This document shows positions 9,183 through 18,690 of a stretch of 64,000 nt of DNA, piece by piece. The stretch is from assembly GCA_051859245.1 (NCBI GenBank), contig JBHYGA010000001.1, positions 768,001-832,000 of the forward strand. The letters are read 5' to 3'. The translations under genes and the position numbers were made by a program. This stretch comes from Gemmatimonadaceae bacterium. GTDB lineage: Bacteria; Gemmatimonadota; Gemmatimonadetes; Gemmatimonadales; Gemmatimonadaceae. The notes beneath the pieces were generated by a model. That model was not told the origin of the DNA. It worked only from the letters and a program-made list of their open reading frames with translations, and searched no databases. The stretch's first letter is position 1. Each line of letters opens with the position of its first letter.

Positions 9183-10160
9183 TTACTGATACTGGATATA
9201 CAGCGGCGCCGGTGTGAGCGTGACCAACTCTGCTGGCGTCATGAGCACGCTGCCTTTTCGCGTGTCATTTTTGTAGAAAATCTTGAAGCCCGTGAACTGC
9301 ACCGGCTCCTTGTAAATGTACGCGTTGTACGTATCGCGCTTGAGGCGCGGTGCACCCCAGCCGTCCATATGCATGACCACCTGTACGCGCGGATCACGCT
9401 TGATGCGGTCGTAGCCCGTGACCATGCGCTGCGTGAAGCGATGGATCACGAGCACCTTGGGCGGCAAGTTGTGCTTGGTGACGAGATTCGCCAGATAGTC
9501 GATCACCCAGTTGATCTCGTCGGCGTCGTACGTGCCCACGCGTTTTCCGGGCAGCGCACCGTGCTTCATGGCGAACTCGGGATCGATGCCAAGATGCACG
9601 TCTGGCATAGACAAGTATTTCTCAAATCGCGGTGCTTCGGCCTGAATCGTGCTCAAGCCGATTTGCAGGTCGAGAAACAACAGGGCATTGCGTCGCTTGG
9701 CCCAACCGTGCACACGGTCCACGAGCGTGTCGGCCATCTTGGCCCGCCACTTCTGATCGCTGCCTGCGCTTCCCTGTGCGACCATGGCAACAAGATGCAG
9801 CGCCGGTTGTACCGGCGTAGCGGGATCTGCGGCTTTCCACGCGGCGACTTCCTTATCGAGCCTGGCCAACATTTGATCAGCAGGCAGCTCGCCCAGGATG
9901 CCCATGCGCTTGGAGAGCGGGTTGCCGTAGTACGCGACAATCCGCTTTGAGGGCAGGATCGATCCCGGCAGCGGCGCCGGGCCGGGCACCGGCCACACCG
10001 GTCCCGGTTTTGTAGCGGCCGGCACGCTCGACGCCGAATCTTGCGCGCGCAGCGAATCGTGGGGCAGCAACGCGAGCGCCAACGTTGCGCCGATTGACGT
10101 AGCGATTGCTCGGCCAGAGATCAGACCACGATTCGATGGCGTGCGAGACGTGTAAGGCAT
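9183..10160 (-). CDS. Conserved exported hypothetical protein, possibly a glycoside-hydrolase-like TIM barrel
   Basis: Signal peptide; RIVAYYGNP, LFLDLQ, HLGIDPEF, HRFT, MDGWG, FTGFKIFYKND. Strong codon bias; its start abuts the sppA stop codon. Confidence 0.7.
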   Translation of the reverse strand: MPYTSRTPSNRGLISGRAIATSIGATLALALLPHDSLRAQDSASSVPAATKPGPVWPVPGPAPLPGSILPSKRIVAYYGNPLSKRMGILGELPADQMLARLDKEVAAWKAADPATPVQPALHLVAMVAQGSAGSDQKWRAKMADTLVDRVHGWAKRRNALLFLDLQIGLSTIQAEAPRFEKYLSMPDVHLGIDPEFAMKHGALPGKRVGTYDADEINWVIDYLANLVTKHNLPPKVLVIHRFTQRMVTGYDRIKRDPRVQVVMHMDGWGAPRLKRDTYNAYIYKEPVQFTGFKIFYKNDTRKGSVLMTPAELVTLTPAPLYIQYQ

Positions 10161-12182
10161 TTACGGAAGTTGAATGACAAAGGGCATGCGCGCGTACGTG
10201 CCGCGCGGATCGTTCAGCATCAGGAGACCACCGAGCTCGCGAGCGAGCGACCGCACTGCGTCCGCAAGCGGTCCGTGACGCGATGCAGAACGTGTCCACG
10301 CGTCAATCGCAGCACTTGTCTGCACCGGCGCGCTCGACACTCCGAGCGCCTGTTTTACTGTACCCACAACCGGCGGCGGAGTGTCATCAAAGAGCTCCTG
10401 CAACATTTCCGTGGCGCCCTTCACCTTGGGCGCCTCCAACAATCCGTAGTCATCGCCGAGTTGCGCCAGGTCGGCGGCGTGCACGATCGCGTCGTTCAAG
10501 TCGCCCATTTCGTCTACCAGACCAAGCGCGAGTGCGTCTTCGCCAGACCATACACGACCTTCGGCGATCGCCGCGACAGAATCGAGCGGCAGCGAACGCG
10601 CATTGGCGACGCGCAACAGAAACGCATCGTACACCGCATCAATGCTGCGCTGCACGAGGGCGAGCTCGGCGTTGGTACGCGGGCGTGCAATGGAGTAGAT
10701 GTCGGCGTAACGCGCTGTGCTGACCGTATCCACGGTGATGCCGTTCTTCTCGGCGATGCCTTTGAGATTCGGGAACACGGCGAACACACCAATCGATCCC
10801 GTGAGGGTCGTTGGCTGCGCAAACACGCGGCGTGCGGCGGTGGCAATCCAGTAGCCGCCGCTGGCCGCGAGAGTGCCCATGGAGACCACCACGGGCTTCT
10901 TCGCGTTCAGCAACACGAGCTCGCGCTGAATCTCTTCCGACGCCGTGACGCTGCCACCGGGGCTGTTCACGCGCAGCACAATCGCACGCACCGAGTTGTC
11001 GTTGCGCAGCGTGCGCAGCTCTCGCGCGAACGATGTTCCACCCACCTGATCGGTGCCGCCTTCTCCATTCACGATTTCGCCCTGCGCATACACTACCGCA
11101 ACTTTGCGTCGCGCCGTGACATCGCTGGTGCGAGCAACGGCGATGCGCGCGTAGTCGCGCAGCAGGATCTGTGGCAGTGTGGTGGGCAGGGACGGCAGCA
11201 GTGATCCTGAGGTCGCGGTGTCTTCATTCACTACGTCTTGCGCGGTGGAATCGGCGGCCATGGGCAGTGGCGCCGCCGAGTCGATGGAGCTGGCGGTTGA
11301 ATCGCCGCCCGATTCCGTTTCGCTTGACGCAACCGTTGCGCCGCTCGCCCGTCGCAAATCCGCCAGCAGCACGTCAAAGTGCGCCACGCGATCAATGAGG
11401 CCGTAACGCAAGGCTTCATCGGGCGTGAAGAGCGCGACCGAATCGGCGAGCTGCTGCAACTGTGCGGTGTCGAGCGTGCGCGACTCTGCGACGCTGCGCT
11501 TGATCTCGCTCCAGGTGGATTCGAGATAGCGCCGCGTCTGCGCTCGGTTTTCCGGGCTCATATCCGTGCGAGTAAACGGCTCGACGGCCGCCTTGAACTT
11601 GCCCACGCGGCTCACTTGCACACCGATGCCGTATTTCTCAAGGAAACCGGCAAAGTGCACCTGTGTGGCCGACAATCCATTGAATTGCACGGTACCGAAT
11701 GGATCGAGCGTGATGGTGCTGGCGGCGCTGGCCACGTAGTAGTCGCGCACCGTGGGATCCACGAGGTAGGCATGCACTGGCTTGCCAGAGGCGACCACAC
11801 GTTCGAGTGCGTCGCGGAACTCGATCAGTCCACCGTACCCCGACGAGAGTCCATCGCTCGCCACGTTGCCGCGCAGCAGCACGGAGCTGATGCGCTCGTC
11901 AGTCGCGGCTTCCTGCAGCGCGACCACGGCGCCGCGTAGCGACAGCTTTGACGTGCCTGGATCGGCCAGTGCACGGTCCCACGCGCTGCCAGGCGAGTGT
12001 TCCGCCGGACGGTCAGATAGTGACTGTGACAGGTCCACCACGAGCACCGCGCCATTGGGCACCGACGGCGCTGCGTCACCCGACGCGGCCGCAATCAATC
12101 CGATCGTGAGCATGAGCACGACGAGAAAGAGCAGGGCGATGGTGGCGAGGTTGGCAGCAATGTTGGTGAAGAACTGTTTCAT
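10161..12182 (-). CDS. sppA: Signal peptide peptidase SppA, 67K type
   Basis: N-terminal TM, tandem S49 domains, RVGKFKAAVEPF (catalytic Lys), LRVNSPGGS, SMGTLAASGGYWI, TGSIGV. Confidence 0.95.
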   Translation of the reverse strand: MKQFFTNIAANLATIALLFLVVLMLTIGLIAAASGDAAPSVPNGAVLVVDLSQSLSDRPAEHSPGSAWDRALADPGTSKLSLRGAVVALQEAATDERISSVLLRGNVASDGLSSGYGGLIEFRDALERVVASGKPVHAYLVDPTVRDYYVASAASTITLDPFGTVQFNGLSATQVHFAGFLEKYGIGVQVSRVGKFKAAVEPFTRTDMSPENRAQTRRYLESTWSEIKRSVAESRTLDTAQLQQLADSVALFTPDEALRYGLIDRVAHFDVLLADLRRASGATVASSETESGGDSTASSIDSAAPLPMAADSTAQDVVNEDTATSGSLLPSLPTTLPQILLRDYARIAVARTSDVTARRKVAVVYAQGEIVNGEGGTDQVGGTSFARELRTLRNDNSVRAIVLRVNSPGGSVTASEEIQRELVLLNAKKPVVVSMGTLAASGGYWIATAARRVFAQPTTLTGSIGVFAVFPNLKGIAEKNGITVDTVSTARYADIYSIARPRTNAELALVQRSIDAVYDAFLLRVANARSLPLDSVAAIAEGRVWSGEDALALGLVDEMGDLNDAIVHAADLAQLGDDYGLLEAPKVKGATEMLQELFDDTPPPVVGTVKQALGVSSAPVQTSAAIDAWTRSASRHGPLADAVRSLARELGGLLMLNDPRGTYARMPFVIQLP

Positions 12183-12410
12183 GCGGGCTCCAAAGCGTGG
12201 ACAGAAAACGATACAGGGAGTCTAACGCGGCAGCAGGCCCCGCGGTGTCGAGATGCGAGCGGATTCAAAACATGACGCCAGCGTCGTGATTTGGCCTTGT
12301 CGGACCGCCGATTCAGGCACATCTTCAAGGAGGCCGCAGAGCTCCGGCGCGCCGGCACCGTACGACGGTCCGGCTGGCTCCGCGATGGTAGTCCTCCCCT
12401 GAGGTGTTGC

Positions 12411-14201
12411 ATGCCCACGTATCGCGCTCCGCTCGACGACATTCGTTTCGTTCTGCATGACGTTCACGGCGTGGCCCGTCTGGCCGAACTTCCTGGCTGT
12501 GAAGAGGCCACTCCTGATGTGGTCGATGCTGTACTCGCGGAAGGGGCGAAGGTGTGTGAAGAGGTGTTGTTCCCGATCAATCAGTCAGGCGATGCAGAAG
12601 GTTGCACCTACGATCAGGGTACGGTGCGAACGCCGAGTGGTTTCATTGACGCGTACAAGCAGTACACCGCGGGTGGATGGACTGGTCTCGCGGCCGATCC
12701 GGCGTATGGCGGCCAGGGTTTGCCGGAAGCGGTGCGCTTTGTGTTCGAAGAAATGCTCTGTTCGGCCAATCTGTCATTCAGCATGTACCCGGGCTTGTCG
12801 CACGGCGCGTACAGTGCGCTCACGAGTCATGGTGATGACGAACTCAAGGCGCGCTATCTGCCCAAACTTGTTGACGGCACGTGGGCCGGCACGATGTGCC
12901 TTACTGAAGCGCACGCGGGTACCGACCTCGGCATTATCACCACGCGAGCGGTACCGTCGGGAGACGGCGCGTACAGCATTACCGGCTCGAAGATTTTTAT
13001 TTCGGCTGGTGAGCAGGATCTGACCGAAAATATTCTGCATCTGGTCCTCGCGAAGCTGCCCGACGCGCCGGCCGGCACCAAGGGCATCAGCATGTTTCTC
13101 GTGCCCAAGTTCTTGCCCACGGAGGACGGGCGTCCGGGCACGCGCAATGGCGTGACGTGCGGCTCGATCGAACACAAAATGGGCATCAAGGGCTCGGCCA
13201 CCTGCGTGCTCAACTTTGACAACGCGACCGGCTTCATGGTGGGCGAAGCGAACAAGGGCATGCGCGCCATGTTCGTAATGATGAACGGTGCGCGCCTTGC
13301 CGTTGGTATGCAGGGGCTTGGATTGTCTGAAGTGGCCTATCAGAACGCGCTCGCGTACGCGAAGGATCGTTTGCAGGGTCGTTCGCTCACCGGCGCAAAG
13401 AATCCGAGCGGCCCCGCCGATTCGATCCTTGTGCATCCCGATGTGCGCAAAGGACTGCTGCGCGTGAAAGCGTTCAACGAAGGCGCGCGTTCACTCGCGT
13501 ATTGGGTGGGCATGCTGATCGACATTGAGCATCGTCACACCGATGCGGCCACACGCGAAGAAGCGAGTGATCTGGTCGCGCTCATGACGCCTGTCATCAA
13601 GGCGTTCTTTACCGATCTCGGGTTCGAGTCCACCAATATCTCGCTGCAAACGCTTGGCGGTCACGGTTACATCAAGGAATACGGAATCGAACAGTATGTG
13701 CGCGACGCGCGCATTGCGCCGATCTACGAAGGCACAAACGCGGTGCAGGCGCTCGATCTTGTGGGGCGCAAGTTGCCGATGGAGGGCGGTCGTCTGGTCC
13801 GTCGTTTTTTTGCGCTGGTGAAATCCGACATTGACGCGGTTGCGGATGACGACGTGCTGGAAGCGCTGGCGAAGCCGGTGAGCGAAGCGCTCGTCAAGTT
13901 GCAGAAAGCCACCATGCTGCTGGCCGAAAAGGGATTCGCTAATCCTGATGAAGCGGGCGCGGTGGCGACCGACTATCTGCACCTGATGGGGTACACGGCG
14001 CTTGGTTGGCAGTGGCTTAAAATGGCCGCGGTCGCGCGTCGTCAGCTTGATGCGGGTCAGGGAGACGCCGCGTTCCTTGGCGCCAAGGTCAAAACGGCTC
14101 GCTTCTATATGTCACACATGATGCCGCAGACGCATTCGTTGCTGGCCCGCATTCAGGCGGGTGCGTCGTCGATCATGGCGTTGTCTGAATCGGAGTTCTA
14201 G
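12411..14201 (+). CDS. Acyl-CoA dehydrogenase (long FadE5/DmdC-type with C-terminal domain)
   Basis: MPTYRAPL start, GTMCLTEAHAGTDLG, ITGSKIFISAGE, EHKMGIKGS, LGGHGYIKEYG, IYEGTN. Confidence 0.95.
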   Translation: MPTYRAPLDDIRFVLHDVHGVARLAELPGCEEATPDVVDAVLAEGAKVCEEVLFPINQSGDAEGCTYDQGTVRTPSGFIDAYKQYTAGGWTGLAADPAYGGQGLPEAVRFVFEEMLCSANLSFSMYPGLSHGAYSALTSHGDDELKARYLPKLVDGTWAGTMCLTEAHAGTDLGIITTRAVPSGDGAYSITGSKIFISAGEQDLTENILHLVLAKLPDAPAGTKGISMFLVPKFLPTEDGRPGTRNGVTCGSIEHKMGIKGSATCVLNFDNATGFMVGEANKGMRAMFVMMNGARLAVGMQGLGLSEVAYQNALAYAKDRLQGRSLTGAKNPSGPADSILVHPDVRKGLLRVKAFNEGARSLAYWVGMLIDIEHRHTDAATREEASDLVALMTPVIKAFFTDLGFESTNISLQTLGGHGYIKEYGIEQYVRDARIAPIYEGTNAVQALDLVGRKLPMEGGRLVRRFFALVKSDIDAVADDDVLEALAKPVSEALVKLQKATMLLAEKGFANPDEAGAVATDYLHLMGYTALGWQWLKMAAVARRQLDAGQGDAAFLGAKVKTARFYMSHMMPQTHSLLARIQAGASSIMALSESEF

Positions 14202-14216
14202 CCGTTGGTGCGCGAT

Positions 14217-14244
14217 TAAAGAAAAAAGGGGGGGAGGCCGAAAC
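14217..14244 (+). promoter_or_regulatory. Putative sigma28 (FliA/SigD) promoter
   Basis: TAAA-N16-GCCGAAAC versus consensus TAAA-N15/16-GCCGATAA, about 30 bp before the GGDEF start codon. Confidence 0.55.
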
Positions 14245-14273
14245 CCTAGAGCAACAATTTCTCCCTCCCTCTT

Positions 14274-15530
14274 ATGTTCTTCCGCAAGTTCAGTCTGGAC
14301 CGCGGTGGGGCAGCTAAGACGAACTCTACGCCGACGACGACGCCGTCTCCTGCCGAGAGCAATCGCCCGAGCGCCGACGCCTCCGGTTCGCCGAGTCTCA
14401 CCGCCGTTCCTGGCGGACTTTCCGGTCGTTCCCGCCCCACGCCTGCGCACGGCCTTTCCCTGCGCACGGTTGATGGGCGCGTGGACGAGGTCGGGCTGGT
14501 GCTCGACACGCTCGGCAGCATTCTGACGGCGTTCTCGCGCCACGCGTTCGACCTGCCGGATCGTTCCGCCGAACAGATCTCATCGGAGCTGCAGCGTTGG
14601 CAGCGTCACGCCACGCTGGGTGTGCCGGTTGAGGAGCACGCCGGTGGTGCACTCGGTGTGCGTGAGCGCGACTGGGACGGGATTTCGCGCACGTTTACGC
14701 AGCACCGGCGCGAAGAGTCGCGGTATGTGGATACGGCGGTCACCGAGTTGCGTGACGCGCTGTGGTCCGTGGTGGAGACGGTACACAACGCTGTTAAGGC
14801 CGAGCAGTCGGCGGATCGGGTGACCGATACGGCGGTGCACCGCGCGCGAACCGCGATGACGCGCATGCAAACAGGTCAGATCAAGCAGGAAGTGCTTGGT
14901 GCGTTGTCGGCCATTGAAGAAGCGTTCCGCATGCGTCAGCAGCAGATGCAGGCGCAATATCAGGCGCTCGCGGGTCGCATTGAAAATCTTGGCCACCAGC
15001 TTGAGGAAGCCAAGAAGGAGAGCACCACCGACGCGCTGACCGGTCTGGGCAATCGCAAACTGTTCGACGCCATGGCGCACCGGGCTGTGCATATGCACGC
15101 ACTGTCACGGCAGCCAGTGGTGCTGGTGATGGTGGATCTGGACAAGTTCAAGATGGTGAACGACATGTACGGCCATCAGGCGGGCGACCAGACGCTGGTG
15201 AACGTCGCGAAATGCCTCTCCAAGGTGTTCATGAGACAGACGGACGTGGTGTGTCGCTACGGCGGTGATGAATACGCCGTGGTGCTCAACAACACCGACA
15301 TCAAGGTGGCGCACATGCTGGCGCACCGGTTGGTGGAGTCGGTGGGGCAGATGCCCACGCCGCATCAAGCGATGGAGTTCGCGGTGGGTGCGTCGGTCGG
15401 GATCGCCGAGTACGATGGCGAGGAGAATCTTGAGGCGTGGATCGCTCGGGCCGACCGGGCGCTGTACACGGCGAAGCAGATGGCGGGCGAGCGGATTGCG
15501 GTGGCGGGGGCGACGTTGGCGGTGAGTTAA
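14274..15530 (+). CDS. Cytoplasmic diguanylate cyclase (helical N-terminus plus GGDEF domain)
   Basis: TDALTGLGNRK, DLDKFKMVNDMYGHQAGD, RxxD I-site (RQTD), RYGGDEY active site, RADRALYTAK. Confidence 0.93.
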   Translation: MFFRKFSLDRGGAAKTNSTPTTTPSPAESNRPSADASGSPSLTAVPGGLSGRSRPTPAHGLSLRTVDGRVDEVGLVLDTLGSILTAFSRHAFDLPDRSAEQISSELQRWQRHATLGVPVEEHAGGALGVRERDWDGISRTFTQHRREESRYVDTAVTELRDALWSVVETVHNAVKAEQSADRVTDTAVHRARTAMTRMQTGQIKQEVLGALSAIEEAFRMRQQQMQAQYQALAGRIENLGHQLEEAKKESTTDALTGLGNRKLFDAMAHRAVHMHALSRQPVVLVMVDLDKFKMVNDMYGHQAGDQTLVNVAKCLSKVFMRQTDVVCRYGGDEYAVVLNNTDIKVAHMLAHRLVESVGQMPTPHQAMEFAVGASVGIAEYDGEENLEAWIARADRALYTAKQMAGERIAVAGATLAVS

Positions 15531-15556
15531 TGTCTTGTGCGCGAGTGATTTATGTC

Positions 15557-15596
15557 ACGGGCAGGCCGGTCGAATGAGACGGTCTGCCCGTTTTTG
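15557..15596 (+). terminator. Rho-independent terminator
   Basis: ACGGGCAGGCCG...CGGTCTGCCCGT stem followed by TTTT. Confidence 0.8.
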
Positions 15597-15804
15597 TTGT
15601 GACGCTGCCGGCCTTGACCGTTGTGGTGTTGATTCACTGTGTGGGGCAGGCGCAGCAGTATGGCGGCAGTAGTCGTGGTATAGTCTTTGCTCTGCGCGGA
15701 AGGCTCATCCGTATGAACTGTGGCAAGATGTTTGTGTGTAACGCTTTCCGCTGAGTGGAATGGATGAGTCCGGCGACTTTATCAATTGCTGGAAAGCCCA
15801 TTCG

Positions 15805-15822
15805 CTGGCATGGCGTTTGCTA
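15805..15822 (+). promoter_or_regulatory. Sigma54 (-24/-12) promoter of the PEP-CTERM gene
   Basis: cTGGCAtggcgtTTGCTa: GG-N10-GC with near-consensus flanks. An IHF-like TATCAA lies about 25 bp upstream. Confidence 0.8.
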
Positions 15823-15916
15823 CTTCCTAGCAATGTGAGAGAGTCTCGATCGTGAAGGTCTACGACTGACGTCTCGCGATTGGCCCCTGCGGCCGCCACA
15901 CTAGGAGATCATTCAA

Positions 15917-16555
15917 ATGTTTAAAAGCCGTGTTTCACTAGTGGCGGCCTTCGCCACGCTCGCTTTGGCAGCTCCGGCTGCTCAGGCTTCTGCTCAGGCG
16001 CTGCCAGGTCCGGTGGCGGGTCTCACCTGCGCGAATGCAACCTTCTCGATCAGTTTTTCGAAGTGCTGGACTGCCAGCGGCAATGATCACGGCGGACCGC
16101 CGGCCACATCCATCCAGAAGGGTATCGCAACCTTCTTGGATGGTGCTGAGAGCGCTGGCGCTACTTGGAGTTTTGACGCCAAGTCCGATGACCTCGACAA
16201 CGGAGCCTTCGGCGCAAACGTTACGACTGACGTCGGAACGATCAACTTCTCGCCGAGCCTCACCGGTTGGTTCGCGTTGACGTTCAAGCAGGCGAATGAC
16301 GGTTACGCGCTGTACACGTTTAACGTGGGCAACAGTGCACTTTCGTCGCTCAACTACAACGTGTCTGGCGTTGGATTCACGGGCAACGGAATCTCGCACT
16401 CTTCTTTGTTCGATGGCAAGGATGCTCCCGCGTGCGACACCCCCGGTGGCGTACCGTGCGAACCGAACATCGTCCCGGAGCCGACCTCGTTCGCCCTGAT
16501 GTTTGGTGGCCTCCTCGGACTGGGCGTCGCCGCCCGCCGTCGTCGCAACTCGTAA
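15917..16555 (+). CDS. PEP-CTERM exosortase-sorted surface protein
   Basis: AGGAG RBS, signal peptide, C-terminal VPEPTSFALMFGGLLGLGVAARRRRNS. Confidence 0.95.
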   Translation: MFKSRVSLVAAFATLALAAPAAQASAQALPGPVAGLTCANATFSISFSKCWTASGNDHGGPPATSIQKGIATFLDGAESAGATWSFDAKSDDLDNGAFGANVTTDVGTINFSPSLTGWFALTFKQANDGYALYTFNVGNSALSSLNYNVSGVGFTGNGISHSSLFDGKDAPACDTPGGVPCEPNIVPEPTSFALMFGGLLGLGVAARRRRNS

Positions 16556-16573
16556 TCAGCTCGCACGAACACG

Positions 16574-16612
16574 AAGCGCCCCGGTCCTCACGGATCGGGG
16601 CGTTTTTGTTTT
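16574..16612 (+). terminator. Rho-independent terminator
   Basis: AAGCGCCCCGGTCC-TCAC-GGATCGGGGCGTTT stem followed by a T-rich tract. Confidence 0.85.
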
Positions 16613-16694
16613 GTGTTGCTGCAGCGCGACAGCGCGCGCTGCCAGTCTTTATGTGCTGAGCACCGCCGCCGCCTTTGTACCGGTTGAGCGGGGC

Positions 16695-18596
16695 CTACCC
16701 CCGCGCCGCCCGCAGCGCGTTCACGATCACCGCCACGTCGATCACCTCCTGCGCGATCGCACCGGCCGTTGGCTCGAGCATCCCAGCCGCCGCAAAGCCC
16801 ATTCCGATCACGCTCAGGCCAAGACCTACGCCAATGCTTTGCCGCGCGATGCGCATGGTGTAGCGGCCAATCGTGATCGCGTCCACCACACGCAGCGGCT
16901 CGTCCACCAGGAGCACCACATCCGCCGCCTCGGCGCTCACGCCGCCACCGTGCCCGGCGAGCGCTACACCCACCCGCGCGGTGCTGAGCGCAGGCGCGTC
17001 GTTCGTACCGTCGCCAACCATCAACACGTGCGCGCCGGCCTTCTGAAGCGCCGACACACGCGTGACCTTGTCGGCCGGTGACAGATCGCCCGCAAAATCG
17101 GCGATGCCGAGCGATGTCGCGATTTTCTCGACATTCGCCGCCTGATCGCCTGAGAGCAGCACCGTTTGTGTCAGGCCCAGCGCCCGAAGCGACGAGAGCA
17201 GTGTTGACACGTTGGGGCGGAGCTCGTCCATGAACTCGAGTCGGCCGAGCGCGCCAGCGTCGGTACCCGCGTACGCGCGAAGTCCCGCCAGCTGATGCTC
17301 CATCTCGGCGATTCTCGGTGCCAACGCCGGCAGTTCGCGCGAAACGTACGACGGAGAGCCCACGGCCACGCGCACGCCGTCTACAACGCCCTGCACGCCA
17401 CTGCCGGGCTCCTCGCGCAGTTCACGCGCCGGCTGCACGGCCAACCCATGCGATTCAGCCCAGCTTACGAACACGCGCGCCAGCAAGTGTCCCGAGCCTT
17501 GTTCAACGCTCGCCGCCTGCGACGCGAGCGTACGCGCGCTGCCGGCTAACGTCGCATCGGATGTCGCATCCAACGTCGCATCAATCCGCGACCCGTCCGC
17601 CATCACGAACGCCGACACCTGCGGTCGCCCCACCGTGAGCGTGCCCGTCTTGTCGAACACCGCCACGTTCACACTGGCCAGCGCCTCGAGCGCTCCGCCG
17701 TGCCGGATAATGATCCCTCGCCGCGCCGACCGACTGATACCGCCAATCACCGCCACCGGCGCCGCCAGAATGAGCGGGCAGGGCGTGGCTACCACTAACA
17801 CGGCCAGCACGCGCGTTGCGTCATGCGAGATCATCCATGCAATCGCGCACACAATCAGCGTAAACGGCGTGAACCACACCGCCCACTTGTCGGCCACCCG
17901 CTGCAGCGGGCTTTTGCTGGCCTGCGCCGAACGCACCAGCTCCACAATGCGCGCGTATTGACTCTCCGCGGCCACACGTTCGGCCCGCACGGTCAGCGCC
18001 CCGTCGCCATTTACCGATCCAGACGGCAGCGCGACGCCGGCCACGGCGCGCACCGGCACTGGTTCACCTGTCAACCGCGACGCGTCCACAGACGATGCGC
18101 CGTCAATCACCACCACGTCGCAGGGCACGAGCGATCCGGGGCGCACGAGCAGCGTGTCGCCGCGCACGATGGCCGACGCTTCAATCTCTTCCACGCGCCC
18201 GTCTGCAAGGACCCGCTGCGCCGATCGTGGCGCGTCGGCCTCAAGGGCGGCCACCGCGTCTGATGCGCGATCAACGGCCCACGCTTCGAGCGCCTCGCCG
18301 CCTGTTTGCATGATCACCACCACCAGACCAGCAAGCGGCTCCTGCAGCAGCACCGCGCCAACGATCGCCATCGAAGCCACGAGGTCCGCGGCAAACTGAC
18401 CGCGCGCCATGCCCCGCAACGTGCCCCACACCACCGGCGCGCCGCACACCACAAGCGACGCGAGCCAGAACGTGCCGCGGAGCGACGGATCGCCGGACAC
18501 AAGACCCAGAACAAAGCCGAGCAGCAGCGCAATCGCTGCCAGGATCGGTACCAGCGGAATTCGACGTCCGAATGACACGCGCAAGTCTGGTCCCAA
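16695..18596 (-). CDS. Heavy-metal P1B-type ATPase, P1B-5 subclass
   Basis: TGE, TPCP in TM6, DKTGT, GDGTNDAPAL, QEVID (QExxD) in the last TM; no N-terminal metal-binding domain. Confidence 0.9.
   Translation of the reverse strand: MGPDLRVSFGRRIPLVPILAAIALLLGFVLGLVSGDPSLRGTFWLASLVVCGAPVVWGTLRGMARGQFAADLVASMAIVGAVLLQEPLAGLVVVIMQTGGEALEAWAVDRASDAVAALEADAPRSAQRVLADGRVEEIEASAIVRGDTLLVRPGSLVPCDVVVIDGASSVDASRLTGEPVPVRAVAGVALPSGSVNGDGALTVRAERVAAESQYARIVELVRSAQASKSPLQRVADKWAVWFTPFTLIVCAIAWMISHDATRVLAVLVVATPCPLILAAPVAVIGGISRSARRGIIIRHGGALEALASVNVAVFDKTGTLTVGRPQVSAFVMADGSRIDATLDATSDATLAGSARTLASQAASVEQGSGHLLARVFVSWAESHGLAVQPARELREEPGSGVQGVVDGVRVAVGSPSYVSRELPALAPRIAEMEHQLAGLRAYAGTDAGALGRLEFMDELRPNVSTLLSSLRALGLTQTVLLSGDQAANVEKIATSLGIADFAGDLSPADKVTRVSALQKAGAHVLMVGDGTNDAPALSTARVGVALAGHGGGVSAEAADVVLLVDEPLRVVDAITIGRYTMRIARQSIGVGLGLSVIGMGFAAAGMLEPTAGAIAQEVIDVAVIVNALRAARG
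17548..17583 (-). repeat. 12-bp x3 in-frame repeat (DATL-DATS-DATL) in the ATPase
   Basis: aacgtcgcatcg / gatgtcgcatcc / aacgtcgcatca. Confidence 0.75.
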
Positions 18597-18690
18597 GGGT
18601 GGTCCGCAGTTAACCTCTCACGGAGTTGAAGCGGCCGACGTCGGCGCGACCAGGAGAACGCTACGTACCAACCGCACTACACGGAATGGC

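Noticed and set aside
10170..11204. Long antisense or alternative-frame ORFs (also 29261-30415, 58091-59239, 47437-48729, 25607-26755 and 39681-40715)
   Set aside because: They overlap well-supported genes and are Arg/Ala-rich without domain signatures.
11170..11350. Possible intein or frameshift in sppA (Ser/Thr/Asp-rich insertion)
   Set aside because: The frame is intact and there are no intein motifs; it looks like a flexible interdomain linker.
15705..15899. 64-aa minus-strand ORF in the PEP-CTERM upstream region
   Set aside because: It overlaps the sigma54 promoter, shows no coding-like bias, and is better explained as regulatory DNA.
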